Source: Octopus bimaculoides
Lineage: Eukaryota
Direction of reading: 5' to 3'
DNA: 56,176 nucleotides
Assembly (NCBI RefSeq): GCF_001194135.2
Contig: NC_068989.1
Span: 28,022,761 to 28,078,936, forward strand
A program made the position numbers and the translations under genes. Positions within the stretch are counted from its first letter, which is position 1. Each line of letters opens with the position of its first letter. Below the pieces are notes generated by a model that had not been told where the DNA came from, made no database searches, and was given only the letters and a program-made list of their open reading frames with translations. Positions 1-13,773 of this stretch are shown here, piece after piece.

Positions 1-53
<53 letters not shown>

Positions 54-78
54 CGTGCGTTTGCGCACGCGTGTGTGC
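1..78. repeat. (GT)n/(GCGT)n microsatellite
   Basis: Direct reading of the sequence at the window start. Confidence 0.98.
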
Positions 79-957
79 GTGTCCTACAGCTGTCGTTCCC
101 AATTTATAGGGTAGTATAGTATTATCAAAGAACATGAATGAGCCAGCAACGACATGCTGAAATCCCATAACCTAACTTCTAATATACTAAAAATTACTTA
201 ACATTTGCAATAATGACTAATTACATTCAAAATTTAAGACTCTGTAATATATTAATAAACAAATCATCTTTTATATTGGTTGACTAGGACAACCATGAAT
301 ATTTTCTGTTATTAAATATATACCTTGGCCACATACGGTTATTGAAGTTAATGTCAAAACTAATGATGTACTCCAATGAAACACTAGTTGGTCAATTCGT
401 ATCAACAACGCTTTCAGGAAGAAAAATGTATATTCTACTACTACTAAATTTATAGTTAGATGGACTAAATCCTAAAAATGTGTGTCGAAGTAATCGATCA
501 GTGCAGCATGTTGCCGCCGATGAAATAGAAACCCGAATCTTAACAAATCAACCACATGCCATATTCAAACTTCACAAATATCTTCAGCTAAACTTAGAAA
601 AATGTTCATGTTATTGATGTCTCAAGTTGTTTCGATCAAAAGATGCTGCAATTTTATTTTTGGAAACCATATTCCTTATAGATATTGTTCCGTTTATCAG
701 GTCACAAGCACTTAATCATGCCTTATATATCATAATAAGCTATATTTATCTGTCCATTTTGAGATTATTTCCTTACAGCTACTGAGCTTTGTAGACTATT
801 TGGTTGTGCAGTTGTTTCTCTTTTTACCATATATTACTTATTATTTGAAAAAAAAATGTGGCTAAGTAAGGTTAGGAAAAATTCAAGTTATCTATGTGTG
901 TGTTTCACCGACGCACACACACATATACGTGCATATATACATATTGATATAAATATT

Positions 958-1016
<59 letters not shown>

Positions 1017-2956
1017 ACATATGTACTGGAATTTTCTACTTCTCAAAATACAGTTCATATTAAAGGTGCAAATTTTCTTAATGACAGGCAGTTTTCTCTT
1101 TCTAAGATAAAGAACGTGAAGTATATTTATGTATATACATTTATATTATATGGACAAAGGAAGGTATTCAGTTAAGATCACACAGAGATATGATGGAATT
1201 AATGTACCTCTGTGCGTGAAGTTTTGTGCATACATTCTGGGGTATATATATGTAATGCGTTGGAAGTATGTGTATGAAATGGTCGCAAACAGGGAAATAT
1301 TTTATATTTATACACACAATACTGGGTTGGTTGTTTTGTATTTGTTATTGCATGTTTAGGTAATGTACTGACTTAGACATTTAGAATGAAATACGAATGC
1401 ACAATCTTTTAAAGTTTGGGCTTCACTCGGTCGATACAACAGAACATTTCTCTCTATGCGATGTTTCAGGGGACAAATATAGGTGTATGTATGTGTCTCT
1501 TTGTGTGTGTGTGTGTATGTGTTGTGCGCACGGTCGGGCGCGGTGTGCAGACAAATGGATAAACAGATATATACAGACAGACAGACAGACAAACGAAGAG
1601 AGACAAACAAACAGACAGAGACAGTCAGAGGGATATATATTAAATCTATAAGTCCATGTACCTAATAATGTATAAAATGCACATTTCCATTTCCAATTGA
1701 CTCCTATTACAATAGCTGCGGAAAACTCAATGTTTTACCTGAAATACTTTATATAACATAATGATAAGCTTGTAAAATCTTATAAAACTTCCGAATGAAT
1801 AGGGAAGCGATAAGAAATGAAATCTTAAAACTAAAGTGTTGCTAGCGAAGTTTCATCGAAATATACGTGTGTGCGTATGTGTATGTGTGTGTGTATGTGA
1901 GTGTGTGTGTATGTGTTTGTATGTATGCATATGTATACGTGCAGATATGTATGTATGTGTGTGTGTGTGTGTATGTGTGTGTTTACGTATGTATGTATAT
2001 ATGTACGTATGTATATATATTCTTTTTATATATAATAGCGTACAAACAATTTACATGTTTATACCTTACATGCTAGAAAGGGCAGTTAAGCCCAAACCGC
2101 GAATAAGAGCAATCTCAAAGGAAATGAAAATAAAAAATATGTTTGTATTTACCCTGAGACTCGAGTTTCTGTATCAATGTGCAAAATAAAATATTTTGCC
2201 ATCCGTACTTCTTCAGTGAGGGCGCTAAAATTAATGCATATTTATGCAGCAAATAGCACCGAAAATACACATGCTGTATACTTATACAATTTTCAAATCC
2301 ACCGCGCAAACATAGTTACATCCGGCATCAAATAATAATTTTAAAAATTAAAACTGCGTACTAGCAAGGCTTCGAAACTACGAAAATTTTACTGTGAAAA
2401 TAATAAGAGCAGAAAATTTAGAAAAATTTTCATACCGGTGGCTAGCATGCGTAATAAAGTCAATAAAGTCAATAGTCAACATATTTTCATATATATTAGT
2501 ATACAAACAATGTACGTATTTACACACGAAAGAGGTGACCTTTAACATATATATATATATATATATAAAACAAATAATAAATGAGTGTATGGATATATAC
2601 GTACAGGTATATATGCACACCTATATATACAGGTAGACACCTGTATATATAGGTGCATATCTGGGTACAGGACATTGCAAACAAAACGTAGACAAAAAAA
2701 TAATAATAACCAGAGTACAGAAAACACACAGGCCACATAGAGAACATTTTCCTTCATCAGCTACCCCCATTCTAACACAGGCGTTTCGAAGAGTAAGGCA
2801 GTACGCATCGTTAAAATTGCTCTTTCCATGGGCCGCAAATTAAAATTGTATACACAAACTAAATGTGTACCATCGAGGAATGTAGTGGTGGACAGAAAAC
2901 AAGACAGGAAAACAAACGGAAAAGACTATATATATATATATGTGTGTGTGTGTGTT

Positions 2957-3000
<44 letters not shown>

Positions 3001-3547
3001 NNNNNNNNNNNNNNNNNNNNNNNNNNNNNNNNTGTGTGTGTGTGTGTGTGTAATAAGGGTGGACATAGGGGGTAAAACCCTCCGAAGCCACAAAAATTAG
3101 CACTATATTTACACAGGCGTGGTTACAAAAGAATTTAAGTGAATTCAGGAATTGCATCTTACCTCTGCAAAAATGCAAGAAGGAATGCCACTTAGCTTGA
3201 TATCATGATTACAAATTTAGTGCCAAAAGACACGATCGATTCTCTTCAGCTAAGTCGACCGTAAAACAAACACTTAATTATCACTTCAGCCAATTCCTGA
3301 GTTCGTTTCAGTGGCCTAGCAGCACTGAGAAAAACGAAATTAAGTGAATACAAATTTGTAAAAATAAATAAAGTACATTAATATTCATGAGAGATATTTA
3401 ATGTTAGTGTCCGAAAACATAGCAAAGCTGGGATCTTTAAAAAAAATGAACCCTTATTATATATAATCTTTTTATATATATCTAATTGTTTTGCCTATAC
3501 GACTTTGCGGTCACTAACGTTAATATCTCATGAGTACTAATATTCTT

Positions 3548-3743
3548 TATATATTCTTTTATTCTTTTCTTTGTTTCAGTTATTTGACTGCGACCATGCT
3601 GGAGCACCTGGGGTCGGGCAAATAGACCCAAGGGCTTATTCTTTGTAAGCATAGTACTTATTCTATCGGTCACTTAGGTTGAACCGCTAAGTTACGGGTA
3701 GTGAACAAACCATCGGTTGTCAGACATACATGCATACATACAT

Positions 3744-3777
<34 letters not shown>

Positions 3778-3794
3778 GTGTGTGTATGTATCTG

Positions 3795-3837
<43 letters not shown>

Positions 3838-4177
3838 ATAATATATATATATATATATAGATGGATAGATATATATGTATATATGTATATATNNNNNNNN
3901 NNNNNNNNNNNNNNNNNNNNNNNNNNNNNNNNNNNNNNNNNNNNNNNNNNNNNNNNNNNNNNNNNNNNNNNNNNNNNNNNNNNNNNNNNNNNNNNNNNAT
4001 ATATATATGATATACGACGGGCTTCTTTCATTTCCCGTCTACTAAATCCACTCTCAAGGTTTGATCAGCCCGAGGCTCTAGTAGAAGACACTTGCCCAAG
4101 GGGCCACGCAGTGGGTCTGAACCTAAAACCATGTGGTTGGTAAGCACGCTACTTACCACACAACCACTCCTACGCCT
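3548..4177 (-). mobile_element. tRNA-derived SINE, family A (full length, with expanded internal microsatellite and an N-gap)
   Basis: Minus strand starts AGGCGTAGGAGTGGTTGTGTGGTAAG (A-box-like), then GGTTCAGACCC (B-box-like) and GGGCAAGTGTCTTCTACTA. The 3' half is shared with the copies at 7878, 27601 and 32395. Confidence 0.9.
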
Positions 4178-4190
4178 ACACACACACACC

Positions 4191-4241
<51 letters not shown>

Positions 4242-4433
4242 ATAAGTATATTATACAGGTATACTCACATGCATACGCACAATCATACGTACATGCATGA
4301 ATACATACATATATACATGCATACATGCATACATATATACATACATGTATGTTAACATACATACATACATGCATGCATGCATATTAACATACATACATGC
4401 TTACATACATACATACATACATACATACACATA

Positions 4434-5587
4434 AGTTCGTATACATGAGGCTGATAACATCATAAGACTTGGAAGGCAGCTCCTTGAGCTGCATTCCTTG
4501 TTTGATAACCTTAAAGGCATGCCGAAAGACGTCACACGACACTACCGCAACGTATCTTCAGATGAAAGGATGAGCGTATATCAGTAGAAGATCATGCATG
4601 GATATGTTAGTAGAAAGCTCAGAGGTGATAGGAACATTGAACACCAACGCAGTTTATCATGGAACAACAATATGATTACTACCTCTCGCTTTGAAGTGTA
4701 TGCGCTTGCAATGCAGAAACAAGATATATCAATCAAATACCTAATGCAGACAAAGGACAGAGATTCAGGAAAGTCAATAAAATGTTACAACCGATGCAGA
4801 CTTTGTGGAGTTAACAGCGAAGATATCAACCATAGCATAAGCAGTTGTCCGAAAATGTCATCATGGAACTATCTACTGCTGAGACATGATATTGTAGCTG
4901 GGACACTGTATAACGAGATCCAGAGGATAACCCCTAGGACAAACTAATAAGAACTCACAGTATGTTGGAAGCCATAGTCACTCATATTGAAGAGGAATAC
5001 TGGTGGAATGTCCCAGTGAAAACTTCAATAACATGTAAACACAATAGGCCTGATATAATGACTTGGGATAGAGAAAAGAAACTATGTACAGTTGTGGAAA
5101 TCAGCTACCCAGCGGATATTAACATAAAGCTGAAGATCAGTGAAAAACAGAACACCTACGCTGAACTATTAAGAAATCTGCAGTTACTCTATTCAGGCCA
5201 CAAGCTAAGGTTTATACCTGTAATTATTTGGGCACTGGGATATGTAACACACTGCCTAAATATTAGTCTTGAGAAACTAACTTCTCAAAACCAAAAAGCA
5301 GAAAGCTGCTTCGAAGATTACAGATTCAACCCATCACGGGAACTGTAAAAATCTGTAAAACTTTCCAGAAGTTTATCATTTACGTATATATGAGCATGTC
5401 TTGATATGAAAGTATATGCATGAGAAGACATATAGGGAACAAGACATACAGATCTACACGTATATATACATACATTAACAAAAATTCCTTGTTGATGTTG
5501 AAATTCCAATGAAGTAGCCTTGGATCTAGGCTAGAAACCGGTTCTTTCTCTATTAGCAAGAAATCTTGAAATGAAACTGAATAATGA
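4434..5587 (+). mobile_element. 5'-truncated, decayed R4/Dong-clade non-LTR retrotransposon (CCHC knuckle + RLE endonuclease + 3' UTR)
   Basis: ORF pieces CRLCGVNSEDINHSISSC (zinc knuckle), RHD, and NRPDIMTWDREKKLCTVVEISYP...EK (PD-(D/E)xK nuclease), with stops and frameshifts. Homologous to 29085-30725 and bounded by (CATA)n on both sides. Confidence 0.9.
5500..5548 (+). ncRNA. Hammerhead-shaped motif with non-canonical core (activity doubtful)
   Basis: CCAATGA-AG-TAGCCT(tggatct)AGGCTA-GAAA-CCGG-TT-CTTTC. Spacing matches a minimal type I hammerhead but the core differs from CTGANGA at two positions. Confidence 0.35.
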
Positions 5588-6799
5588 CATACATACATAC
5601 ATGCATGCATACATACATACATACATACATACATACATGCGAATCGATCTTCAATAAATTTAAAGGAGGTGTTTACGCTTCCTTTAAATTTAGTGGTATT
5701 CCCAAAGTCAACTGTATCTAACGTGGAGACTAAAACAGTCGTGTGTATGGGATGCCATTAGTTTGATATACTTCCATATAACATTCAGTGATAGATAGGA
5801 ATAAAATGATGACAAGGACTCAATCAAATATTCAAAGTCCTTAAGTTAAAATGCTTCGGGGCCATGAATCAAATATAGGATGAAACAGAAAAATAAACTG
5901 AATATATATTTATTGGTTTATTGGTTTCGTTTCACTGGAATGTGGAGAAATAACGGTATCGCCTTCAAAGGATTTTTAAGCGATGTTTATACTTATTTCA
6001 TTTACGTCGTAAGCTACAAATCAAACACAAACACAAATATACATACGCACTCAAATACACACTTACACGTATAAACATATATATAACCATAGAAAGATAT
6101 ATATACACCCCACAAACACACACACACATATGCATATACTTAAAATGATGTTCGTTATGGCCGGATAGAGAGTAACCATCAGTTTCGTATCTAGAAATCT
6201 GTTAGCAGTATAGGTGGTACAGCGGAATTGACCGGACGCACATAACCTTTCTACAACTGGAGGTCAGATAACGCCATGGTCAGTTAGGATTGTAAACAAA
6301 AAATCACGAAACGAATTTCTACTATACGATAATGCTTCTGAACGATATGGAGTTTACCCCCCTTAGATCAGTGTCAGTTAGGTCTAAAGAGGTTCAAAGA
6401 TATGGACGATTACTTCTCCTTAGTGGACAAACAGAGAATTCTATGTTTACAACACGAATTTCCTCTATTGAGGGCATCGATTAAACTTTTTTGTTGGAGT
6501 TTAAGAAAATCCCTAGGTCTGGCGCGTTTTCAGGTTTTTTGTTCTTTCGGCCAAGCAAAGTTTACATTATTTGCTCCCATTGAGATACGGTCTGATTGCT
6601 CAAGGAGCTTCTATTTAATTTATGTGTACTCTCCTTTATGGTGTACTCTTCCTCCTTTAAATGCAATACTTAACAGGGAAAAGACGTGATGTTGAGCCGC
6701 TCAGCTATCTTAAAAGGGGGAGCTGCAACTGTTAAGGCGTTGCCTGAACAGACATTCTGTAACTCTAGCATCTTTCCATATCTGTGTGCTTGTGCTAGA

Positions 6800-7200
6800 G
6801 GTGTAGTAGCTGTTGTTGTTGCTGTCATCATCGCTGTCGTAGCCGCTGTTACTGCCGAATGCGTTGGTGTAGCTGTTATCGTTGTCGCTGTTAGTATCGC
6901 TGCGCTGTTGATGTTATTGTTGGACAAGATACTGGTGCTGTATTTGTTGCTGTTGTTACCGCCAACACTGCTGCTGCTGTTGGACGCATTGTTGGTGCTG
7001 TTGCTGTTGTTGTAGCTGTCGCTGTTGCTGCCTTTGTTGCCGCTACTGCCTGACCCGCTGCTGGTTGTTATTACCGCCGCTTCCGCCGCTTCCGCCGACT
7101 CCGCGGACGCTGTTGTAATTGTTCTCGTTGTTGTCATAGGCAGAAGTGCTATTGGTGCCATTGTTGTTGCTACTGCCAACACTGTTGTTGCTGCCTTTAA
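6800..7200. repeat. Cryptic trinucleotide low-complexity tract (GTT/GCT/GCC-type)
   Basis: Period-3 tgttgttg/ctgctg/ccgccg mosaic, which explains the stop-free ORFs on both strands. Confidence 0.8.
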
Positions 7201-7877
7201 TCCTGGGCATCACCTCAGCATCATAGACTAAGATTTCGAAGTTGCATCGTCCTCCTACCACCGCCACTAGACACTCATTGCTAACCCTGTATGAGTATCC
7301 TTCCTATGGACAAGATTTAGGGCTGTTCACTAATGCTGGGCGCACAGACGAAAGAGACCTTTAAGTTGTGTTTATTAAACAATCACCCGTATATATGTAA
7401 TTGTGTGAAGTGTTTTCACTAATCTAAGAAATATGCTTCCTATGCAGCTCTTAACGTTGAGTAATAAGGTGGAGGCAAACCAAATGACTTTAAGGTGGCG
7501 CTTCCTTTTATGAATATTAGGAACCGGTGTATAGGAGTTGCACTTCTTAAAGCCACTGGCCGCCAAAACTCCATTGTAATAGGGAGATGCGACTTCGAAA
7601 AAGGTATGAAATCTACTTACTGATACCCTTAACTAGGTATATATATATAGAAAGAGAGAGAGGGGGGGTAATTGTAATCCAGGCAATCGCACATCATACA
7701 GGATCCTGACTGGAGTACTCTTCAAAAGTTAAAGGAAATCCGTAGTGACGGAAACTGAAAGAAAACCCTCGTATATGTGGGTGGGGTGGGGGTGTAGGCG
7801 TNNNNNNNNNNGTGTGTTTGTGTGTGTGTGTGTGTGTATGTGTGTGTGTGTGTTTGTGTGTATGTATGTATATATAT

Positions 7878-8268
7878 GAGTGGATGTGTGGTAAATAGCT
7901 TGCTTACCAACACATGGATCTGGGTTCAGTCCTTGGACAAGTGTCTTCTACTATAGCCTCGGGCCGACCAAAGTCTTGTGAGTGGATTTGGTAGACGGAA
8001 ACTGAAAGAAGCATGTCGTATATATGTATGTATATATGTATGTGTGTGTATATGTTTGTGCGTCTGTGTTTGTCCCTCCAGCATCGCTTGACAACCGTTG
8101 GTGGTGTGTTTACGTCCCCGTAACTTAGCAGTTCGGCATAAGAGACCGTTTGAATAAGTACTAGGCTTACAAAGAATAAGTCCTGGGGTCGATTTGCTCG
8201 ACTAAAGGCGGTGGTCCCGCATGGGCGCAGCCAAATGACTGAAGCAAGTAAATGAGTAAAAGAGTAAA
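7878..8268 (+). mobile_element. SINE family A, near full length, variant head
   Basis: GAGTGGATGTGTGGTAA...GGTTCAGTCC...GACGGAAACTGAAAGAAG...tail AGTAAAAGAG. Matches the other family A copies. Confidence 0.92.
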
Positions 8269-9251
8269 TTGTATATNNNNNNNNNNNNNNNNNNNNNNNN
8301 NNNNNNNNNNNNNNNNNNNNNNNNNNNNNNNNNNNNNNNNNNNNNNNNNNNNNNNNNNNNNNNNNNNNNNNNNNNNNNNNNNNNNNNNNNNNNNNNNNNN
8401 NNNNNNNNNNNNNNNNNNNNNNNNNNNNNNNNNNNNNNNNNNNNNNNNNNNNNNNNNNNNNNNNNNNNNNNNNNNNNNNNNNNNNNNNNNNNNNNNNNNN
8501 NNNNNNNNNNNNNNNNNNNNNNNNNNNNNNNNNNNNNNNNNNNNNNNNNNNNNNNNNNNNNNNNNNNNNNNNNNNNNNNNNNNNNNNNNNNNNNNNNNNN
8601 NNNNNNNNNNNNNNNNNNNNNNNNNNNNNNNNNNNNNNNNNNNNNNNNNNNNNNNNNNNNNNNNNNNNNNNNNNNNNNNNNNNNNNNNNNNNNNNNNNNN
8701 NNNNNNNNNNNNNNNNNNNNNNNNNNNNNNNNNNNNNNNNNNNNNNNNNNNNNNNNNNNNNNNNNNNNNNNNNNNNNNNNNNNNNNNNNNNNNNNNNNNN
8801 NNNNNNNNNNNNNNNNNNNNNNNNNNNNNNNNNNNNNNNNNNNNNNNNNNNNNNNNNNNNNNNNNNNNNNNNNNNNNNNNNNNNNNNNNNNNNNNNNNNN
8901 NNNNNNNNNNNNNNNNNNNNNNNNNNNNNNNNNNNNNNNNNNNNNNNNNNNNNNNNNNNNNNNNNNNNNNNNNNNNNNNNNNNNNNNNNNNNNNNNNNNN
9001 NNNNNNNNNNNNNNNNNNNNNNNNNNNNNNNNNNNNNNNNNNNNNNNNNNNNNNNNNNNNNNNNNNNNNNNNNNNNNNNNNNNNNNNNNNNNNNNNNNNN
9101 NNNNNNNNNNNNNNNNNNNNNNNNNNNNNNNNNNNNNNNNNNNNNNNNNNNNNNNNNNNNNNNNNNNNNNNNNNNNNNNNNNNNNNNNNNNNNNNNNNNN
9201 NNNNNNNNNNNNNNNNNNNATATATATATATATACATACATACATACACAC

Positions 9252-9302
<51 letters not shown>

Positions 9303-9371
9303 CATACATATATACATATATGCGTGTGTGTGTATCTCTATGTAAATAGACAGACAGACAGACAGACAGAC

Positions 9372-9425
<54 letters not shown>

Positions 9426-9552
9426 GTGAAAGGAATAACTGTATAGTGTTGTTGGTGTTATTTAATGCTATCATTTATACCTTCATATAAACTTTGAGAA
9501 CCAATTCCAATAAAGAATTATATATACATACATACATGCATGTGTGTGTATA

Positions 9553-9584
<32 letters not shown>

Positions 9585-10012
9585 GAGAGAGAGAGAAGGC
9601 GCAAGTTAATAGGAATGTACATATATATATATTGATATTTGTAACAAATAGACATAGATATCGTTATATAGATAGAAATATATAAATATATATATATTGA
9701 TAGATACAAACATACAGCTACATTCATGCATACATGTATGCAAGTTTACATATATGCATACATACATACATGCATTTATACATACATACAGACAGACAGA
9801 CAGCTGCATGCATGCACGCATACATGCAAACAGCAATGTTTGTGAGAAACATCTGCATTTTAAATTGACTGCTTCATCGAGAAATTATTGATGAATTTGA
9901 CTTTATAATAGTGTGGCCTTGTGCCCCACTTAGAAATCAATAGTATTATAACTCTAATGCAATATTAACGCCATCCACATCTTAAAGAAAACATTAATCA
10001 ACTGCAAATGTA

Positions 10013-10274
10013 ATATATTTTGCAGACGATATATTTTGCAGACGATATATTTTGCAGACGATATATTTTGCAGACGATATATTTTGCAGACGATATATTT
10101 TGCAGACGATATATTTTGCAGACGATATATTTTGCAGACGATATATTTTGCAGACGATATATTTTGCAGACGATATATTTTGCAGACGATATATTTTGCA
10201 GACGATATATTTTGCAGACGATATATTTTGCAGACGATATATTTTGCAGACGATATATTTTGCAGACGATATAT
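10013..10274. repeat. Minisatellite, 16-bp unit ATATATTTTGCAGACG x16
   Basis: Sixteen apparently identical adjacent units plus a partial ATATAT, with no spacers. Confidence 0.97.
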
Positions 10275-11132
10275 CGAGAATATTTAGATATGGCAAGCAA
10301 TTTATATTCAACTCAAAAGAATATTTGAAAATATAAAATAGACTTTCTACTATTTCCTGATCTTTATTATGCATACACAGCATTTTGTGAAGTAAAATGC
10401 ATTAGGGCAGAATACATTGCGGCACAGACATTTTGTGAGTTACTCAAATGCTATAATATTTAATATTCATGAACGAGTCCTCTAAGACTGAAGCATTTTC
10501 TTTGAAGTTAAATTCTTTCTCTTTTGATTCAAAGACGAAGACATTTGGTGTTCGCTCGATTTCCTAGAAATAGCAACCAAATTTTCTATTAATACCGCCC
10601 TGCCATTTGAAAAATAATGATATCTAAGCGGTGGTTGGACGTAGTAGTATATATAGGGTAAATAGGAACAGAAAGGATGACCATCACTGGAGCAAGTCCT
10701 TTCAAAGGGCTTCTGTGTCAAAATTGATTTGCTGCAAACACTTCAACAAGAACCAAAAAGGGAATTTGTATCCCTGTATGGCAGTCGATTTATCTAAATG
10801 AAAGAATGTGCATCCAGCATATATTCAATGTTGACAAGTTGTATTCACAGTTTCAGCCAAGTTTTCATTAATAATAGGGTTGCTGTTTTTGAGTCTTTCA
10901 ACATGTAAAGTTTATACCAGCCTTCGTCCGGTGGTCATCTGCTACGCAAAACTCGAAAAAACGCTCACTTTTTTATATAATAAATCAATTTTCTCCTCTC
11001 TGCTCCAATTACAAAGTTCAATATTAAATAATATTTGCATTATTTATAGCATAGAGTGATGTATGTTTCACTATCCTCACATTACATATCCATAGATATC
11101 TATGCACATTATATATGTGTGGGGGGTTGCAT

Positions 11133-11186
<54 letters not shown>

Positions 11187-13773
11187 TAGGTAGGTAGGTC
11201 GGTATGTATGTATACATTTCATTAAACTACGTGATTTATGTCCTTTTCTATGCTCTTCTGTATTCTTGGGAATTTCACGTTCATGTATATAATTCATCAT
11301 CAGCAAATAGAATTGTATATTAACACGTTTATCTTAATATTTGCCTCATTTAGCATAAGTGTCTCCTCAAGTATACGAATTCTTTTTTTTTGTTTGTTTT
11401 TATATGTTCTGTATTCCATTTATATTGCTACTAGGTATTTCTTTGTACAAGTCATGCTCAATTGATTTTTTACAGAGACTTCTTTCACCACATATTGATA
11501 TCCTATATTTAATCCATAACTTGAGTATAATTTCATTGCAGCATTTTCATCCTAATGAAAACCGTAAGCACCTGTTTAAGTGTTAGTTTCGCAATGTAAT
11601 AGTGTCTTAACATTTAACACAGAAAAGATTTCACCGATATTGACATTTGTTAAACAATTGTAAGTGGGTACTTTAGCGTATTATTTTTGGATGAGACGAC
11701 TGTATCAGCTAAAATTAATAAAGATTTTAATATTTTTCTGGCTTACGTGTTCGAAGCAACCAAAAGCGAAGGGATACCGGCCAGATATTTAGTGGTTTGT
11801 ATCTCAATACCAGTGTCCAGGCATATATATATATATATATATATATANNNNNNNNNNNNNNNNNNNNNNNNNNNNNNNNNNNNNNNNNNNNNNNNNNNNN
11901 NNNNNNNNNNNNNNNNNNNNNNNNNNNNNNNNNNNNNNNNNNNNNNNNNNNNNNNNNNNNNNNNNNNNNNNNNNNNNNNNNNNNNNNNNNNNNNNNNNNN
12001 NNNNNNNNNNNNNNNNNNNNNNNNNNNNNNNNNNNNNNNNNNNNNNNNNNNNNNNNNNNNNNNNNNNNNNNNNNNNNNAAAAGGAGAGAGAGGGAGAGAG
12101 AGAGAGACTGCAACTTGCATCGCGTAAAGCGAAAAGTGTATAAAATTCTCAACAAAGGGATAATCTTTGTCATTCAGAACAATCCAACTTGGATAACATG
12201 AAGGAAAAGTTTCAGTGAGTCGCCAGGGTAAATGTGAATGGACGTTCAATTTAGCAATAGCGCACGTTTACTTTACTATCAAACAAACTACTTGGATCCT
12301 CTAATGTCTCGCTCGATTTCTTAGAATTAGAAACTTATTTGCGAAGAGAAGGATATATTGGACAATATCGACTAGGTACGGAATACCTGAGAAGAGGATG
12401 GTTACGGATGGTATAAATTTGATCATAATCTTCTTCAGTCAGAATTGACGTGGTGATGAGCAGCAAGAAAAATATATATAAATACAAGCCAACAACAGCT
12501 AGTCACATCCTGATATGGAAAAATTAATAAAAGTAAAGCACTACCGAACACTGGGTGTTTGAATTCGCTATGTTATAATTCTCCGTCAGATATTTAAGTT
12601 CTATCAGAACTTGAGAAAAACATTACAAGCGACAGGTATTAGTTGTCACCATCTACTCTGAATTTACAAAAAAAAGTGTATTACATTCGTACTTATAAAT
12701 AAATTTAGGTCGATACTATTGTATATGGATTTTAAAAATACAGGAGTGATATTAGAGTTTATATAAAATATTCCAAAGTATAAATTTCTTATATAATGAG
12801 ATTCATACCTATCCCATAACTATTTAACAAGTCAGTCTTGCATGTACAAAACACTGACTTAATTCTCTAATTTATGCGTAAAATAATAACTGTTGATCTA
12901 CTCTTCGCGTAATACAATATTCTGTTATGCGAATTTATAATTCCGTTGCTTTTATTTAATCTATGGATTATACAAGAGAAAGACTAGTAAATCAGGATGT
13001 TTATCCGAGGTCTTTTATATAACGAAATTAAATTAATGAATCTGGTATATCGGTACCCTTGGGTAATAATATAGTCCTCTAATCGTATATCACAAACTTT
13101 CACATTTGCTCTCTCTCTTTTCTCAATCACTACGTAAGGACATATATAATGACTAACTGCTTTTATTTTTGTCTGGCTAAAATTAAATTTTTACAGTTTT
13201 TTTTTGCTAGTGTGTTTGTTTTTGTTACTATATATTTAGAAACAAAGTAAAATGCGGCAATAAATAAGCTGACGTATTCTCTTGTTATAGATATAAAGTT
13301 CTGTTTGTTTACCGTTTCTGTTTCTGATATGTTTGGGCACTGCTAGACATTATGTCTTCATACCTTAGCTAAATTAACTATAGTGATCCTCTTCATATGA
13401 AATCTATTCCAAAAGAAAATACAAGTTATCTACTTTGATGCGCTTGTTCCGACGAATTGGTACTTAAATGCATTAATGTGTACCGAGCCACCTGAATGTT
13501 AACTGGGCCAGGAACAAAAAGTAGAAATCGAATTTTCTAGATGCATTGACATTTCGTAACTGACTCAGATATACTGAGAGGAATAATTGTTTTCACTTTC
13601 ATTCTGAGTCGCCTCTGTTATAAAATAACTTTTAAAATACAAATATTTACGACAGATCAGTTCTCTTTCAATGATTAAACAGTTAGAGTGAGAAAATTAT
13701 GTATTAAACTACAAACATATGTTTGTTTCATCCCCAGCTGTCTTCAAACTCTCAACATTGTATACTGTCTAAT

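Noticed and set aside
3280-3350. Imperfect hairpin (TTCGTTTCAGTG...CACTGAGAAAAACGAA)
   Set aside because: Short, bulged and AT-rich; not distinguishable from chance without expression data.
6402-6689. 95-aa ORF or possible exon
   Set aside because: No recognisable homology and no convincing splice sites on either strand.
10013-10274. Possible CRISPR array or repeat protein (MQTIYFADDIFCRRY...)
   Set aside because: Units are adjacent with no spacers. The 16-bp period cycles all frames, so the ORFs are by-products.
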